This document shows, one piece after another, positions 10,331 to 21,086 of a stretch of 64,000 nt of DNA (positions are counted from its first letter, which is position 1; each line of letters starts with the position of its first letter). The notes under the pieces are model-generated. The model did not search any database, was not told the DNA's origin, and worked only from the letters and a program-made list of their open reading frames with translations. Position numbers and translations under genes: made by a program. Origin of the DNA: Spirochaetia bacterium (GTDB taxonomy: Bacteria > Spirochaetota > Spirochaetia > SZUA-6 > Bin103); contig CBDBDQ010000005.1 of assembly GCA_965203905.1 (NCBI GenBank), positions 5,024,001-5,088,000 of the forward strand, read 5' to 3'.

Positions 10331-11137
10331 TCAATATTCGATGAATCGCTCGGCGGAAGTGAGGTAGTGTCGAGGTAACCCTCTATCAACTGCCAGGGAA
10401 AGAAGGTAGGCCCACTCGAAGGCATGACCGATGTCAATCCGACCTCCATCTGCGGCCGGGAGCTCCCGCCAGTCCGCGTCGTAGAGCTCCGGTAATCTAT
10501 GATCTGATGCCCGTACCAGTTTCGTCAGAACGAAATCGGCCACTTGCTTCGCCTCGCGGTACCCTTCCTGTTCTCCGCTCATGTCGCCCAGGGCCACGAG
10601 TGCCTCGAAGAGATGCATCAGCGGATTCTGTGATTTGATCTTGCCATCCTCTTGGAAGTCCCGGGTCAAGCTCAGCTTGAAGCCTCCATGATCATCCTGG
10701 AAGTGCTCCTTGAGTATTGCTACCGTCTCGCTGGCAGCGTGCTGTGGAGCTGGATTCCCGGTAATGCGCGCTGCATGCGAAAGCCCGAATATGGCGAACG
10801 CATGTCCTTAAGTATTTTTTTGGGAATCGAGTACCTGGCCATCGCGCCTGCAGGTACTGAACCAACCTCCATACTGATTGTCCCAGAAGTTTCCCAACAG
10901 AAACCGGATGCCCTTTTCTACCGCCTGCAAGTACTCGTCGTCCTGGGTCAGTTCATAGCCGATGCAGAAGTTGTACAAGAGCCTGGACTGAGAGACGAGA
11001 GTAGCATAGTCCTGCCCGAGCGGATTCCACTTTCGATCAAAGTGTGGCAGGAAACAGCCGGTCTCGGTGACCGCATGCTGAAGCCAGTGTGGAAGTATAT
11101 CTTCGAGAAGATGCTGCTGAAACCACTTCAGGTCCAA
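10331..11137 (-). pseudogene. AGE/N-acylglucosamine 2-epimerase family pseudogene
   Basis: ILPHWLQH, LVSQSRLLYNF, QNPLMHLFEAL, IDIGHAFEWAYLL; split and 3'-truncated. Confidence 0.8.
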
Positions 11138-11548
11138 TGCTGGCCCTCCGATACGTGTTGGCGTGTTCCTACGTCACCGGGAACAGAACTGTCAAGTCAG
11201 CGATCCGGGGCTGAGTTCGCGACACACGCTGGCACACGACGAAGGGCGGGTGACGACACGGGGCACCGTGTGCGAATTCCTCGGCCCCTGTGGGGACGTT
11301 CGCTGACGATATCGGGATTGTCTTCCTGGAGGGGTTAAAGTGAGGCTTCTCGACGACGCGGATCTCAGGGCATACGCTCGACGCGACTGGGGGCCGCCGG
11401 CCCGGCTCGGTCGAGCTCGCGACACGATGTCCGGGCTCGAAGCTGTTCGCTGTTCCGCTCATCGACTTCATCGCCGTGCGGCACACGCCATCTGCAAGCC
11501 TCCACCGTGGCAAGAGGCCATCACGCCGGTCGGTGCCCACTACGCCAT

Positions 11549-12806
11549 CAGGACTATCCCACGCTAACGCGAAAGCCGGCTGCAAGTCGTTGCTTCCGTT
11601 GCCCTCGGACCGACGCTCAACCCCCAACTCGCACCCCGGCGAGCGCGGATCACGTGACCCCGTCTGGCGGCGGTCCGTACTCCCGATGCCGGAAGCGGTT
11701 GTGGGCAGCACAATGAAGCCTGAGATTACCCGGCTCGGCGCTGCCGCCGAGCGCGAAGGGAACGATGTGGTCGAGCTGCAGCAGGAAGCGCGACCCGCAG
11801 CGCCGCCCAGTGTGCGGATCGACGTAACTGCAGCAGCCACCGTCGCGGCGCCACACCTCGCGCCGCACTGGTGCCGGAATGTAGCGGGATCGACGCGCCC
11901 GGTGGGGCGGCTGCGCGCTGCCTCCGGACGGGCCGGCTGCCGCCGCCTGCGGCCGCGAACGGCCGTCGAGTAGCGCCGCTCCTGTCCGCTTCGCCGCCCC
12001 TGTCCGCTTCGCTGGCGAAGGAGCGCTGCGACCACGATCCACCGCTACCAGCGCGGTCGGCATGCTCTGGTCTGCCGGCGGCGTCGGTCGTGGCGCCGGT
12101 GCGGTGGCGTGGGACCCACGATCGGCCACCGACTTCGGCGCCGAAGCAGCGGAGCCGGGCGCCGCCGTCGCTGGCTTGGCACGCACCGGGGATGCTGCCC
12201 GCGCAAGTCTCGCGCCCCGACGGCGGCGCGGACAGCGCCGAGGTGCCGGCGCCGCCATTCCCGCGCGCGGGTTCCTCTGCGGATAGCGCTGCTGGCGCCG
12301 GGGTACTGCCACCGGCGCTCGTGCCCTCCGGCGGCGTCGACTCTCCGGGTTGCTCTTGCGCGTCCCGCTTCGCCGGCGAAGCCGCCCCGCCTGCCGGCCC
12401 TTGCTGCGCCCTCGGCGCCGGTGCCTGGCCCGCGCTTGCCTCCCGGCGCCCACCTCGGCGCCCGCGCGGCGGCCGCCCCGGGTCGTAGCGCTGCAGGCCG
12501 TCCTGCACCAGCCGCTCGACGAGCTGCCCCAGCGTCAGGTGCGGGTCCACGTGCGACAGCAGTGCCCGTAGCTGCTCGATCCCGCACTGACAGGCAGATT
12601 CGATCACCACCTTCAGCTCCCAGCGGCCGTCCCCCAGCGCCCGCATGCGATCGGCCGGCCGCGCCAGCTCGGGAGCCACACCGGCCAACAACTGCTTCAC
12701 CTCGCGGGTGCTCTTGCCGCTCGCCTGCGCCACCAACTCCTGCCGCTGCGCCGCGTCCAACGCCGGCACCGCTCGCGCCGGCGCCGCTGCCGCGGTCCCC
12801 GAAGCC
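11549..12806 (-). mobile_element. HNH element copy 1 (5'-truncated, frameshifted ~12190)
   Basis: End repeat CAGGACTATCCCACGCT at 11549; trailer and HNH domain (RYIPAPVRREVWRRDGGCC...LDHIVPFALGG...NLRLHCAAHN) match the other copies; similarity stops at ~12806. Confidence 0.88.
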
Positions 12807-12869
12807 GCATCTCTCCAGCGAGCGACACTCCCACCGACACGTCTGCGCAGGAGAAAACCTCGACACTAG

Positions 12870-13130
12870 GTGGAGTGGAGAGTACTCCGAGAATGGAAGA
12901 TGATTCCGTCATGGGAGGTCAACCCTCCCGGATACCTGCTGCGGGAGGCGCGGGAAACCGCGGGATTTACGCAACGGAGCCTTGCGACCCGGCTCGGTTG
13001 CACGCAGCAGGCTGTCGCTAGAGCCGAACGATTCGACAGCAATCCGACACTTGAATTCGCACGCGCCTGGGCGGATGCCCTCGGCCTTGACCTCGTACTG
13101 GAGTTCAATCGTGCACGAGCTTCCGTCATC
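12870..13130 (+). CDS. XRE-family HTH protein (3' end fused to unrelated DNA)
   Basis: LLREARETAGFTQRSLATRLGCTQQAVARAE...PTL. Confidence 0.65.
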
Positions 13131-13420
13131 CCTTGTGGAGCCGATCATCACGCTTCTCACGAGGTACTTCTGGACGAACGGGTAGATGGCGAGCACCGGA
13201 ACGCTGGCGACGATGATGAGGGAGAACTTGAGCAGCTCGCGCTGATTCCAGTCCTGGACAGAGGACTCCCGGTCGAGCAGACCCTCGCTGACGAGCCGAT
13301 TCAAGTAGCGCAGCCCGTCACGCCACTCAGGGGTCGTGAAAGCCGCGGAGACCGTACCGTCGTCCCGGATGAGTCTGTCTTCGCCGTCGTTGTAGACAAA
13401 GGGATTCATCAGAAAGCCGT
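13130..13420 (-). pseudogene. Joined fragments of a sugar ABC solute-binding protein and a carbohydrate permease C-terminus
   Basis: FTTPEWRDGLRYLNRLVSEGLLD fused to [31 protein letters not shown]. Confidence 0.7.
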
Positions 13421-13459
13421 CGACGTACGAGTGCCATCCGTTCTGGGTAACCGCCGAGA

Positions 13460-13819
13460 TCAGGCTGGCAAGGACAGGCTACGCCTGGCGGTGGTCCGTA
13501 CTGCAGTTGCATGGCGCACCGCCTCCCGCGCTGACGGCTTGTCAGCGGACTCGCCGGGGTAACGGACCGCGACGGCGTACACGTTGAGGATCTCAAGGTG
13601 CGGGCGAGCGTCGTCCCAGGCCCCCGCGTGCGGCAGGAGCAGGTCCAGGAGGGCAATCAGGTTATGGGTCCTGCCAAACGGGATGGATTGCTCTTGGAGG
13701 ATAGCCTTCAGGTATTTCTCAGCGCATTGCTGCGCGTGGAAGCAAGCGGCCTCGTAGTTGGGGTTCTTCCTTGCCCGCAACTCGCGACCAGCGGTGGCGA
13801 AGTCACCCTCGGGATTCAT
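13460..13819 (-). CDS. HEPN domain protein
   Basis: ACFHAQQCAEKYLKA, RTHNL, AVRYPG. Confidence 0.88.
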   Translation of the reverse strand: MNPEGDFATAGRELRARKNPNYEAACFHAQQCAEKYLKAILQEQSIPFGRTHNLIALLDLLLPHAGAWDDARPHLEILNVYAVAVRYPGESADKPSAREAVRHATAVRTTARRSLSLPA

Positions 13820-14123
13820 AGAGCACTTCCCCCCGCTTCACGACCTCCTTGAGGAAAAAGTCGTTCCACTGGAGGCGCTGGCGCATCTCCTGTGGAGTCC
13901 TCACGACGAGGTCGACCGGGATTCTCGACCTCACTCGGCGCACGATTTCGATGGCCTGCGCGACACCGCTGCCGCTGTGCTCCATGATCACGAGCAGGTC
14001 AACGTCCGAGTCCTCCGAAGGCGTGCCGTAGGCGTGAGAGCCGAACAGAATGACCTTTTCGGGTCTGAACTCCGCACCGATGCGCTGCGCGACGGCGTGG
14101 ATCTCTGTTCTGGTCACGCGCAC
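13803..14123 (-). CDS. Minimal nucleotidyltransferase (MNT antitoxin)
   Basis: VILFGSHAYGTPSEDSDVDLLVI; overlaps HEPN. Confidence 0.9.
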   Translation of the reverse strand: MRVTRTEIHAVAQRIGAEFRPEKVILFGSHAYGTPSEDSDVDLLVIMEHSGSGVAQAIEIVRRVRSRIPVDLVVRTPQEMRQRLQWNDFFLKEVVKRGEVLYESRG

Positions 14124-14275
14124 GCTGGCATCCTACCACGCCGCGGGCGTAGTAAGCCCACAACCCGGCGGGTGCCGTCGGTCGGCACGACTTCGACGCC
14201 GTCGGCGCCTGAGCGCACCGCGCGCGTGCGCCACGCGCCGGAGTGCCGGTACCGGTTCGGGCGATGGCACCTCGC

Positions 14276-15115
14276 TCAGTCGTGCAGGCTGCGAACGTAG
14301 GCCAGGTTGCGGCGCATTCCCTCGCCCGGCTCGGGCAGCTCCGGGTGCCAGTACTTCTCGTACTCGTCGGCTATCCACCCGTCGTAGCCCACCTTCTCGA
14401 GAGCGGCAAACACCTCAGGCCACGGCACTGACCCCTCACCCATCAGGCGTGCTTTGCGTTGATTCCTTCCCTCGAGGTTCCAATCGACGAGCCAGTCCTT
14501 GTAGTGGACGTGCCGCAGGTAAGGGGCGCACAGGTTCACCGCCTCGGCCGGGCTCTCGGCGCGGGCCCAGTAGATCCAGGCGTAGTCGAACAGGATGCCT
14601 ACGTTCTCCAGGCCCACCATCTCTACCATCCTGACGGTGTCCGCGGCAGAGAGCGTGAGGCAGCCACCGTGGGTCTCCACGCACACGGTGATGCCGTGCC
14701 GGGCAGCAGCCCGGCCGATCTCCCGGATTCCCGATGCCGTACGCTCCCAGTCCTGCTCCAGCGTGTAGCCCGCGGGCACCGGATCGAGACCGCCGTACAC
14801 CCGGATCATCGGCGCCTCGAGTCGGGCGGCCACCTCCACCACCCGCAGCATATGCGCCAGCTCTGCCGCGCGGCGGTCGGTCACGAAGTCCTTGAAGTAG
14901 GCGGTGAGGCAGACGATGCGGACGCCGGTATCCCTGGACCACTCCCTTGCCAGGGCGAGGTACTCGTCATCTACGGTGGTAGTATCGAGCTGCCCGTCCT
15001 TGGAGCAGCGCACCTCGATTCCTTCGTAGCCGATCTCGGCAAACAGCTTCATCGCCCCCAGCAGGTTCAGGTCGGGGGTCCCCATGGTGTGACCGGCTGC
15101 CTTCAGCATCTTCAT
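14276..15115 (-). CDS. Sugar phosphate isomerase/epimerase (xylose isomerase-like TIM barrel)
   Basis: GYEGIE, VETH, HVHYKD, GEGSVPW, GYDGWIADEYE. Confidence 0.88.
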   Translation of the reverse strand: MKMLKAAGHTMGTPDLNLLGAMKLFAEIGYEGIEVRCSKDGQLDTTTVDDEYLALAREWSRDTGVRIVCLTAYFKDFVTDRRAAELAHMLRVVEVAARLEAPMIRVYGGLDPVPAGYTLEQDWERTASGIREIGRAAARHGITVCVETHGGCLTLSAADTVRMVEMVGLENVGILFDYAWIYWARAESPAEAVNLCAPYLRHVHYKDWLVDWNLEGRNQRKARLMGEGSVPWPEVFAALEKVGYDGWIADEYEKYWHPELPEPGEGMRRNLAYVRSLHD

Positions 15116-16152
15116 CGCATCGCCTCCTGCACCTGGTGTTGTATCTGATCGATGGTGGGCACCGCGTCGCCGGGGCTTGCATCTTTGCTGGTAGGCCCGT
15201 TCCGGGTGGGCCCACCCCCCACCCGGAAGGCGGTCTCTACCAGACTGGTGGTGACGAACCCCTCCAGGCCGTCGGCCGACAGCACCTGTGGCGGCCGGCC
15301 ATCGAGCACCAGGCGGATCAACTCGTCCAACTCGGCCTGGAAAGAATCAATGCTCTCCGGCACCTCCACCACCTCGCACCCGGTGGTGTGCACGACGATG
15401 CGGTCGGGGCGCTCTACCCGGACGTAGCCTTCGGTACCGATGAAGGTCAGCACCGTGTCCCGAAACTGGAAGCCGATGCCCTCGGCGTAGTTTGCCGTAT
15501 GCGAACCGACCACGCCGTCACCCCAGTCGATGACCATGCTGAAGCCGTCCTCCCGCTCCCAGCCCTTGCGAAACGACAACGCAGCGTGGCGGACGCGGCG
15601 TGGGGTCAGGCCGGTGATTGCCGTCACCAGGTCCAGTTCGTGGACGCTCAGCTCGTACATCGCCCCCGCCCGACCCAGCCAGGCGAGCTTCTCGGCCTTG
15701 CCGGTGATGGGCTGCACCTTGGTAGTGATCACCGACAGCAGCGGCCCGGCGCGTTTCACCAGCTCCGCGGCGCGCCGGAAGATCGGGTCGTAGCGCATCT
15801 TGAAGCCCACCATCAGTGGCGTGCCTGATCGGCGCGAGGTCAGTACCAGCTGTGCCGCCTCCCGCTCCGTCATCGCCAGGGGCTTCTCGCAGAGCACGGC
15901 TATTCCACGCTGGAGCAAGGCTTTGGTTACGGCGAAGTGGCTCGCAGGTGGCGTGGTGAGGCTGGCTGCCGACAGCCCTTCGGGCAATGCGTCGATCGAG
16001 GTCAGCGGCTCACCGCCGAACTCGGCGGCCAACGCCGCGGCGCGCTCCTCCTGCAGATCCACGAAGAAGCGGCGCGAGATGCGCCGGTCAGCGGCAAGGG
16101 CACGGGCGTGATTGCGGCCGATCGGGCCACACCCGACGATGGCGTATTGCAT
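15112..16152 (-). CDS. Gfo/Idh/MocA oxidoreductase
   Basis: AIVGCGPIG, VLCEKPLA. Confidence 0.9.
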   Translation of the reverse strand: MQYAIVGCGPIGRNHARALAADRRISRRFFVDLQEERAAALAAEFGGEPLTSIDALPEGLSAASLTTPPASHFAVTKALLQRGIAVLCEKPLAMTEREAAQLVLTSRRSGTPLMVGFKMRYDPIFRRAAELVKRAGPLLSVITTKVQPITGKAEKLAWLGRAGAMYELSVHELDLVTAITGLTPRRVRHAALSFRKGWEREDGFSMVIDWGDGVVGSHTANYAEGIGFQFRDTVLTFIGTEGYVRVERPDRIVVHTTGCEVVEVPESIDSFQAELDELIRLVLDGRPPQVLSADGLEGFVTTSLVETAFRVGGGPTRNGPTSKDASPGDAVPTIDQIQHQVQEAMR

Positions 16153-16159
16153 GGTGGTA

Positions 16160-17284
16160 TCAGTGGTATGGATCGGCGGCGTCTCGCAGTCCGTCGCCGA
16201 CGAAGTTGAAACAGATCACGGTGACGATGACCATCAACACTGGAATCATCAGCCACGGGTACAGCGCAACGGTGGATGCGTTCTGCGCCTCCTTGAGCAG
16301 CACGCCCCAACTGGTGACCGGCGGGCGCAGCCCCAGTCCCAGGAAGCTGAGGCTGGTCTCGCCCAGGATCATCGCCGGAATGGACAGCGTCAGCGATACG
16401 ATGATGTAGCTGAGGAATCCCGGAATCAGGTGGCGGACAATGACGGCAAAGCCCGAGGCGCCGCACACCCGGGAGGCGAGGACGAAGTCCTCCTCCCGCA
16501 GCGAGAGCAGCTTGCCGCGCACCACCCGCGCCAGTCCGGTCCAACCGATCAGCGAGAGAATGATCGTGATTGCCAGGTACACGCGCAGCGGCGGCCAGGT
16601 GGATGGCACCGCAGCGCTCAGGCCCAGCCACAGTGGGATGGTGGGGATGGAGCGCAGCATCTCGATGAGCCGCTGGACGGCGTTGTCGACACCACCTCCG
16701 AGGTAGCCGGAGACCCCGCCCAACAGCACACCGACCACCAGGCTCAGCGCCACTCCCACCAGGCCGATGCTCAACGACACGCGCGAGCCGTACAGGATGC
16801 GGGTGAACATGTCGCGCCCCAGCCGATCGGTGCCGAGCAGGTAGACACCGCCCTCGGCAACGCCGAACAGGTGCCGGTCGGAGTGGATGAAGCCCCACAT
16901 CTCGTACGCTTCACCCCGGACGAACAGCCGCAGTGGCAGTTTCTTCGCCCGATCTATCGTATAGCCCTTGCGCAGCGTCTCGGGGTCGATCTCCAGCTCA
17001 TAACCGTACACGAACAGCCCCGGTCGCCCCTGCTGCCAGTCCATCAGCCGGATTCGCTGCGGCGGCGCGTACACGTGGCCCAGGTCCCTGGTCTCGAGAC
17101 CGTACGGAGAGAGAAACTCGCAGAAGATCCCCGCCAGGTAGATGACGATCAACGCCAGCAGGCTGATTCGGGCAACGACGTGGCGCCGGAACTTGCGCCC
17201 CATGAGGGTCCACTGCGAAGCGACATAGTAGTCGTCGGCCCCCTGGACGGTGGTCGCGGCGGTAGCGGCGACGGGCGACGTCAT
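16160..17284 (-). CDS. ABC permease (DppC/OppC family)
   Basis: LLGTDRLGRD, SLSIGLVG, ETSLSFLGLG, GDGLRDAADP. Confidence 0.92.
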   Translation of the reverse strand: MTSPVAATAATTVQGADDYYVASQWTLMGRKFRRHVVARISLLALIVIYLAGIFCEFLSPYGLETRDLGHVYAPPQRIRLMDWQQGRPGLFVYGYELEIDPETLRKGYTIDRAKKLPLRLFVRGEAYEMWGFIHSDRHLFGVAEGGVYLLGTDRLGRDMFTRILYGSRVSLSIGLVGVALSLVVGVLLGGVSGYLGGGVDNAVQRLIEMLRSIPTIPLWLGLSAAVPSTWPPLRVYLAITIILSLIGWTGLARVVRGKLLSLREEDFVLASRVCGASGFAVIVRHLIPGFLSYIIVSLTLSIPAMILGETSLSFLGLGLRPPVTSWGVLLKEAQNASTVALYPWLMIPVLMVIVTVICFNFVGDGLRDAADPYH

Positions 17285-18270
17285 CGGCCGCCGAACCGGA
17301 TGCGTGGATCCACCCACGCCAGCATGAGGTCGGAGACGAAGGTGCCGATCACCGTGAGGGCCGCCAGCAGCAGGATGAAGCTGCCGGCCAGGTACATGTC
17401 CTGGCTGATCAGGGCCTTCAGCAACAAGGAGCCGGTGGTGGGCAGGCTCAGCACCACGGCGGTGATGGTGGCGCCGGAGATGGTTTGCGGCAGAATGTAG
17501 CCCGCCGTGCTGAGGATCGGATTCAGCGCCAGGCGCACCGGATAGCGGAACAGCAGGCGGCGCTCTGCGAGGCCCTTGGCGCGGGCGGTGATCACGTACT
17601 GCTTGCGGAGCTCGTCCAGCAGCGAGGCGCGCATTACGCGGATAAGCTGCGCCGTGCCGGCGGTGCCGATCACGATCACCGGCACCAGCAGGTGCTTCAG
17701 CATGTCGAAGACCCGCGCCAGGCTCCAGGCGGCATTGGCGAATTCGGGCGAGAACAGGCCGCCGATGGACAGTCCGAACGTGTAATACAGGAAGAACATC
17801 AACACCAGGGCCAGCAGGAAGTTGGGCGTGGCCAGCCCCAGGAACCCGAAAAAGGTGAACAGGTAGTCCCCGGCCGCGTATTGGTGCGTGGCCGAGTACA
17901 CTCCGATGGGGACGGCGACCAGATAGGTGAACAGGATGCTGGCGGTGGAGACGACGATGGTGAGCAGCAGTCGCTCGCCGATCAGGTCTCGCACCGGCAT
18001 GTCCCACTCGAAGGACTGCCCGAAGTCCCCAACGAACACGCCACGCATCCACTTCAGGTACTGAATGACGAGCGGCTGGTCCAGCCCATAGCGGGCCCGC
18101 AACTCATCGATCACCGACTGATCTATCAGATCTCCCGACAGCCGGAGTTGCGACACGTAGGAGTTCAGGAAGTCCCCCGGCGGCGCCTGGATGATGGCGA
18201 ACGCTACCAGCGAGATGAACAGCAGCGTCGGGATCATGAGGAGAAGCCGCTTGACGACGAACTGGGACAT
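17281..18270 (-). CDS. ABC permease (DppB/OppB family)
   Basis: APPGD, GDFGQS, TARAKGL, DPRIR. Confidence 0.92.
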   Translation of the reverse strand: MSQFVVKRLLLMIPTLLFISLVAFAIIQAPPGDFLNSYVSQLRLSGDLIDQSVIDELRARYGLDQPLVIQYLKWMRGVFVGDFGQSFEWDMPVRDLIGERLLLTIVVSTASILFTYLVAVPIGVYSATHQYAAGDYLFTFFGFLGLATPNFLLALVLMFFLYYTFGLSIGGLFSPEFANAAWSLARVFDMLKHLLVPVIVIGTAGTAQLIRVMRASLLDELRKQYVITARAKGLAERRLLFRYPVRLALNPILSTAGYILPQTISGATITAVVLSLPTTGSLLLKALISQDMYLAGSFILLLAALTVIGTFVSDLMLAWVDPRIRFGGR

Positions 18271-18346
18271 GCTAACCCCGGCGAGCCGGTGGCTGCCAGG
18301 ACTCTGCACGAGCCCCGGCGGCCACCGCTATCCCATGCGAGCCGGT

Positions 18347-20287
18347 TTATTCGCGAATGAAGAATTGCGCCGACACGGCGTTCCCGGTGGCCCGGGTCAC
18401 GTTGTCGTGCAGCACGTTCTCGGGAACATTGCGCAGTCGATTGCTCGCGATGACCAGTTGGCGCACCTCACCGACCGTGCCGATCATGAACACGTTCTGC
18501 TGGTGGATCTCCACCATCCGCCGGGCCAGGCGATCCTGCTCCTCCTTGTCGGCGGTGCTCTTGATCGCCTCCCACAGGTCGATCAGCTCGCGCACGTCAC
18601 CAGTTGGCTCTTCGCCGGATCTGCCGCCGCTGGTATACCACTCGGTGTACGCGGCTCCGCCCCACTGGATCGACATCGGCACGAAGCGGATCGGTGAAGC
18701 CACCAGGTTGGCGATGGAGTCCATGAACCACATGCTCATCTGCAGCTCGTTGCCGGTGGCCTTGGAATCCCACAGCGCCCGGTCAATGGTGCGGATGGCA
18801 ACGCGGATGCCCAAATCGTTCTCCCACCAGCCTTTCACCAGGTTCACCGTGTCATCCCAGGGGCCGAATACCGATGCGTACTCTATGTTCAGCACCAGTG
18901 GCTCTCCGTCGGATCGCAGCCGGAAACCGTTGGCGTCGCGGTTGACCAGGCCGACCTGATCGAGCAGCTGGTTGGCGCGGTCCGGGTCGTAGTCGATGTA
19001 GGAGTTGGCCCACTGTTCCGAGTAGTACTTGGAGTTCCGCGTCAGTGATGCCTGGCGTGGAGTGGCCTGATCGGACCAGATGAGCTGGTTGATCTCGTCC
19101 CGCTTGATGCCGAGTGAGAGTGCGAAGCGGAACTCCGGAGTTTCGAACAACTTGCGCAACACCGGATCCTTCACCGTCAGGTTGGGAAAGAAGTAGGGAT
19201 CGGCGCCGACGGTGGTGTCCCACTGCAGCACCCGGTAGTCGCCCTGACTGCGATTCTCCATGAACAGCGTGAAGTCCTTGAACAGCACATGGCGCACCTG
19301 GAAGTCCAACTCGCCACTGACCGCTTTCAAGGGGATGATGTCGATGCTCTCCACCAGCACGTTGGTAAGGTTGTCGATGTAGGGAAGCTGATTGCCCGCG
19401 GAGTCCACCTTCCAGAAGTACGGATTGCGCTCCATGACGAAGCGCGGCTGGGAGAAGTCGTTCACCGCCTTCCACGCGTATACCGTCGGTACCTCCTGCT
19501 TCAGGAAGTCCTCGTCGGCCCAACGCAGCTTGAAGAGCTCGGGCCAGCCGTTCACTCCTGCCTCCGAGGCCAGCTTGCTCAGCTCCGCCGCCGGCGTGTA
19601 GCTGGCGTGGAACTGCTTCAGGTAGTGGCTGGGCTGATAGTAACGGCCGTAGTACGAGAGCGAGATCGCCTCCAGGAAGTTGCCGTACGGCTCGGCAAAC
19701 GTGAACGTCACCGTGTGGTCGTCCACCTTCTCGGCCACCACCGGCTGGCCAACGGTGACGATGTGCGACGGCGGACTGGGGCGCAGGTCGGTGTTCAGCA
19801 GGATGTCGTTCACGGCGAACATGACGTCGTCGGCCGTGAAGGGCTCGCCATCCGACCACTTCATTCCCGGCCGGGTGCGTAACGTATACACCCTGGCGTC
19901 GGGAGAGATCTCGAAGCTGTCGAGGACGTTGGCCTCGACCTGGGACGCATCCTGGGCGAACTGGACGATTCCCTCGCCGATCAGTTTGCGCATGCCCCAG
20001 CGGTCGCCGATGCCCAGCCACGCGCGCACCATCTCGCCACCGTAGCTGCCGATCTCCTCGGCGGGCTGGATGACCATCGGGTCCGCCGGTAGCCGCTCTG
20101 CCAGGGGTGGCAGCTCGCCGTTGGCCACCAGTGCGGCAAGCATCGGTGCCTGCTGGTCGGACGCACTCGCAGCGGCGGTTGTTGTCTCGCCCGCTGCACT
20201 GCCGGACGGCTCCGTGGTGCCGCCGGCCCATGCCGGCGAGCTCAAGACCAGCAGCGCCAGCAGCGAAACAGCCAATGCCGTTCTCAT
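18347..20287 (-). CDS. ABC solute-binding protein, family 5
   Basis: Signal peptide, GELPPLAERLP, KWSDGEPFTADD, RNPYFWKVD..GNQLPYID. Confidence 0.92.
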   Translation of the reverse strand: MRTALAVSLLALLVLSSPAWAGGTTEPSGSAAGETTTAAASASDQQAPMLAALVANGELPPLAERLPADPMVIQPAEEIGSYGGEMVRAWLGIGDRWGMRKLIGEGIVQFAQDASQVEANVLDSFEISPDARVYTLRTRPGMKWSDGEPFTADDVMFAVNDILLNTDLRPSPPSHIVTVGQPVVAEKVDDHTVTFTFAEPYGNFLEAISLSYYGRYYQPSHYLKQFHASYTPAAELSKLASEAGVNGWPELFKLRWADEDFLKQEVPTVYAWKAVNDFSQPRFVMERNPYFWKVDSAGNQLPYIDNLTNVLVESIDIIPLKAVSGELDFQVRHVLFKDFTLFMENRSQGDYRVLQWDTTVGADPYFFPNLTVKDPVLRKLFETPEFRFALSLGIKRDEINQLIWSDQATPRQASLTRNSKYYSEQWANSYIDYDPDRANQLLDQVGLVNRDANGFRLRSDGEPLVLNIEYASVFGPWDDTVNLVKGWWENDLGIRVAIRTIDRALWDSKATGNELQMSMWFMDSIANLVASPIRFVPMSIQWGGAAYTEWYTSGGRSGEEPTGDVRELIDLWEAIKSTADKEEQDRLARRMVEIHQQNVFMIGTVGEVRQLVIASNRLRNVPENVLHDNVTRATGNAVSAQFFIRE

Positions 20288-20503
20288 GTGGACCTCCTCG
20301 CGTGCACGTGACGTACCGGCCCGCGCCAGCACGTACAACGTATCACGTGAATTATTTACACGATCTTGGATCTTAGCGGCGGGCTTTGGCAAGCCGTCGA
20401 GCCAGGGATATACGTTGCTCTCGAATGAATCGCGGACCCGCCGATAGCCGGAACGGTTCGACTCGGCGGATCCTCTGCCTCGATCAGGGCCTCTTCGAGA
20501 TGC

Positions 20504-20908
20504 TCAAGTTCCCGCGTCACGATCAGCGGCGGCAAGAATCCGGCGACGCGCCTCCGGCCACGGGACGGTCTTGGCTATCCCATCATCCAACCGGTGCAGC
20601 CGCCGCAGAATCTCGACCGACCACGCCGCTTTGCCATCGTCGTCGACCTGTTGGTCGAGGCTCTCGATCAACTGCCCAGCGAGCGCGGCACGTTCTTCGG
20701 CAGAGAGCCCGACCGCAGCTGCCGCAAACCTGAACGACTGCCGGATATCCTCGATCTCGAGATCGGGGTATTCATCCATGATCCGGGTATCGGGCATCCC
20801 CTGGGCGACGAGGCCGACGACCGTGGTCACCGGGATGCGCAAACCCCGAATACACGGCACTCCGCCCATCTGCGCCGGATTGATGCTGATTCGTTCAAAT
20901 TGCTTCAA
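20504..20908 (-). CDS. Chimeric DUF433 + addiction-module antitoxin
   Basis: RISINPAQMGGVPCIRGLRIPV...YPDLEIEDI (DUF433) in frame with LSAEERAALAGQLIESLD...AWSVEILRR...VPWPEARRRI; TTG start after GAGGAG. Confidence 0.7.
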   Translation of the reverse strand: MKQFERISINPAQMGGVPCIRGLRIPVTTVVGLVAQGMPDTRIMDEYPDLEIEDIRQSFRFAAAAVGLSAEERAALAGQLIESLDQQVDDDGKAAWSVEILRRLHRLDDGIAKTVPWPEARRRILAAADRDAGT

Positions 20909-21086
20909 GGTACTCTCCTCACATCCCGGAATCGAGACGACCTGCGCCGCAAGGCACGTCGCTGTGCCCATCTTTTACCCGCTCGCCTACTATATGAACT
21001 GAGCCGCGTGGCCGCGAGGATCTTGCCAACATTGGCGGTGCGTGGCCGACTGTCAACTGGCCTGGGGACGCTGGTATGGAGAGGCG

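Noticed and set aside
20344-20364. Imperfect palindrome CGTGAATTATTTACACG upstream of the SBP
   Set aside because: Plausible operator, but a single instance with no cognate regulator in the window.
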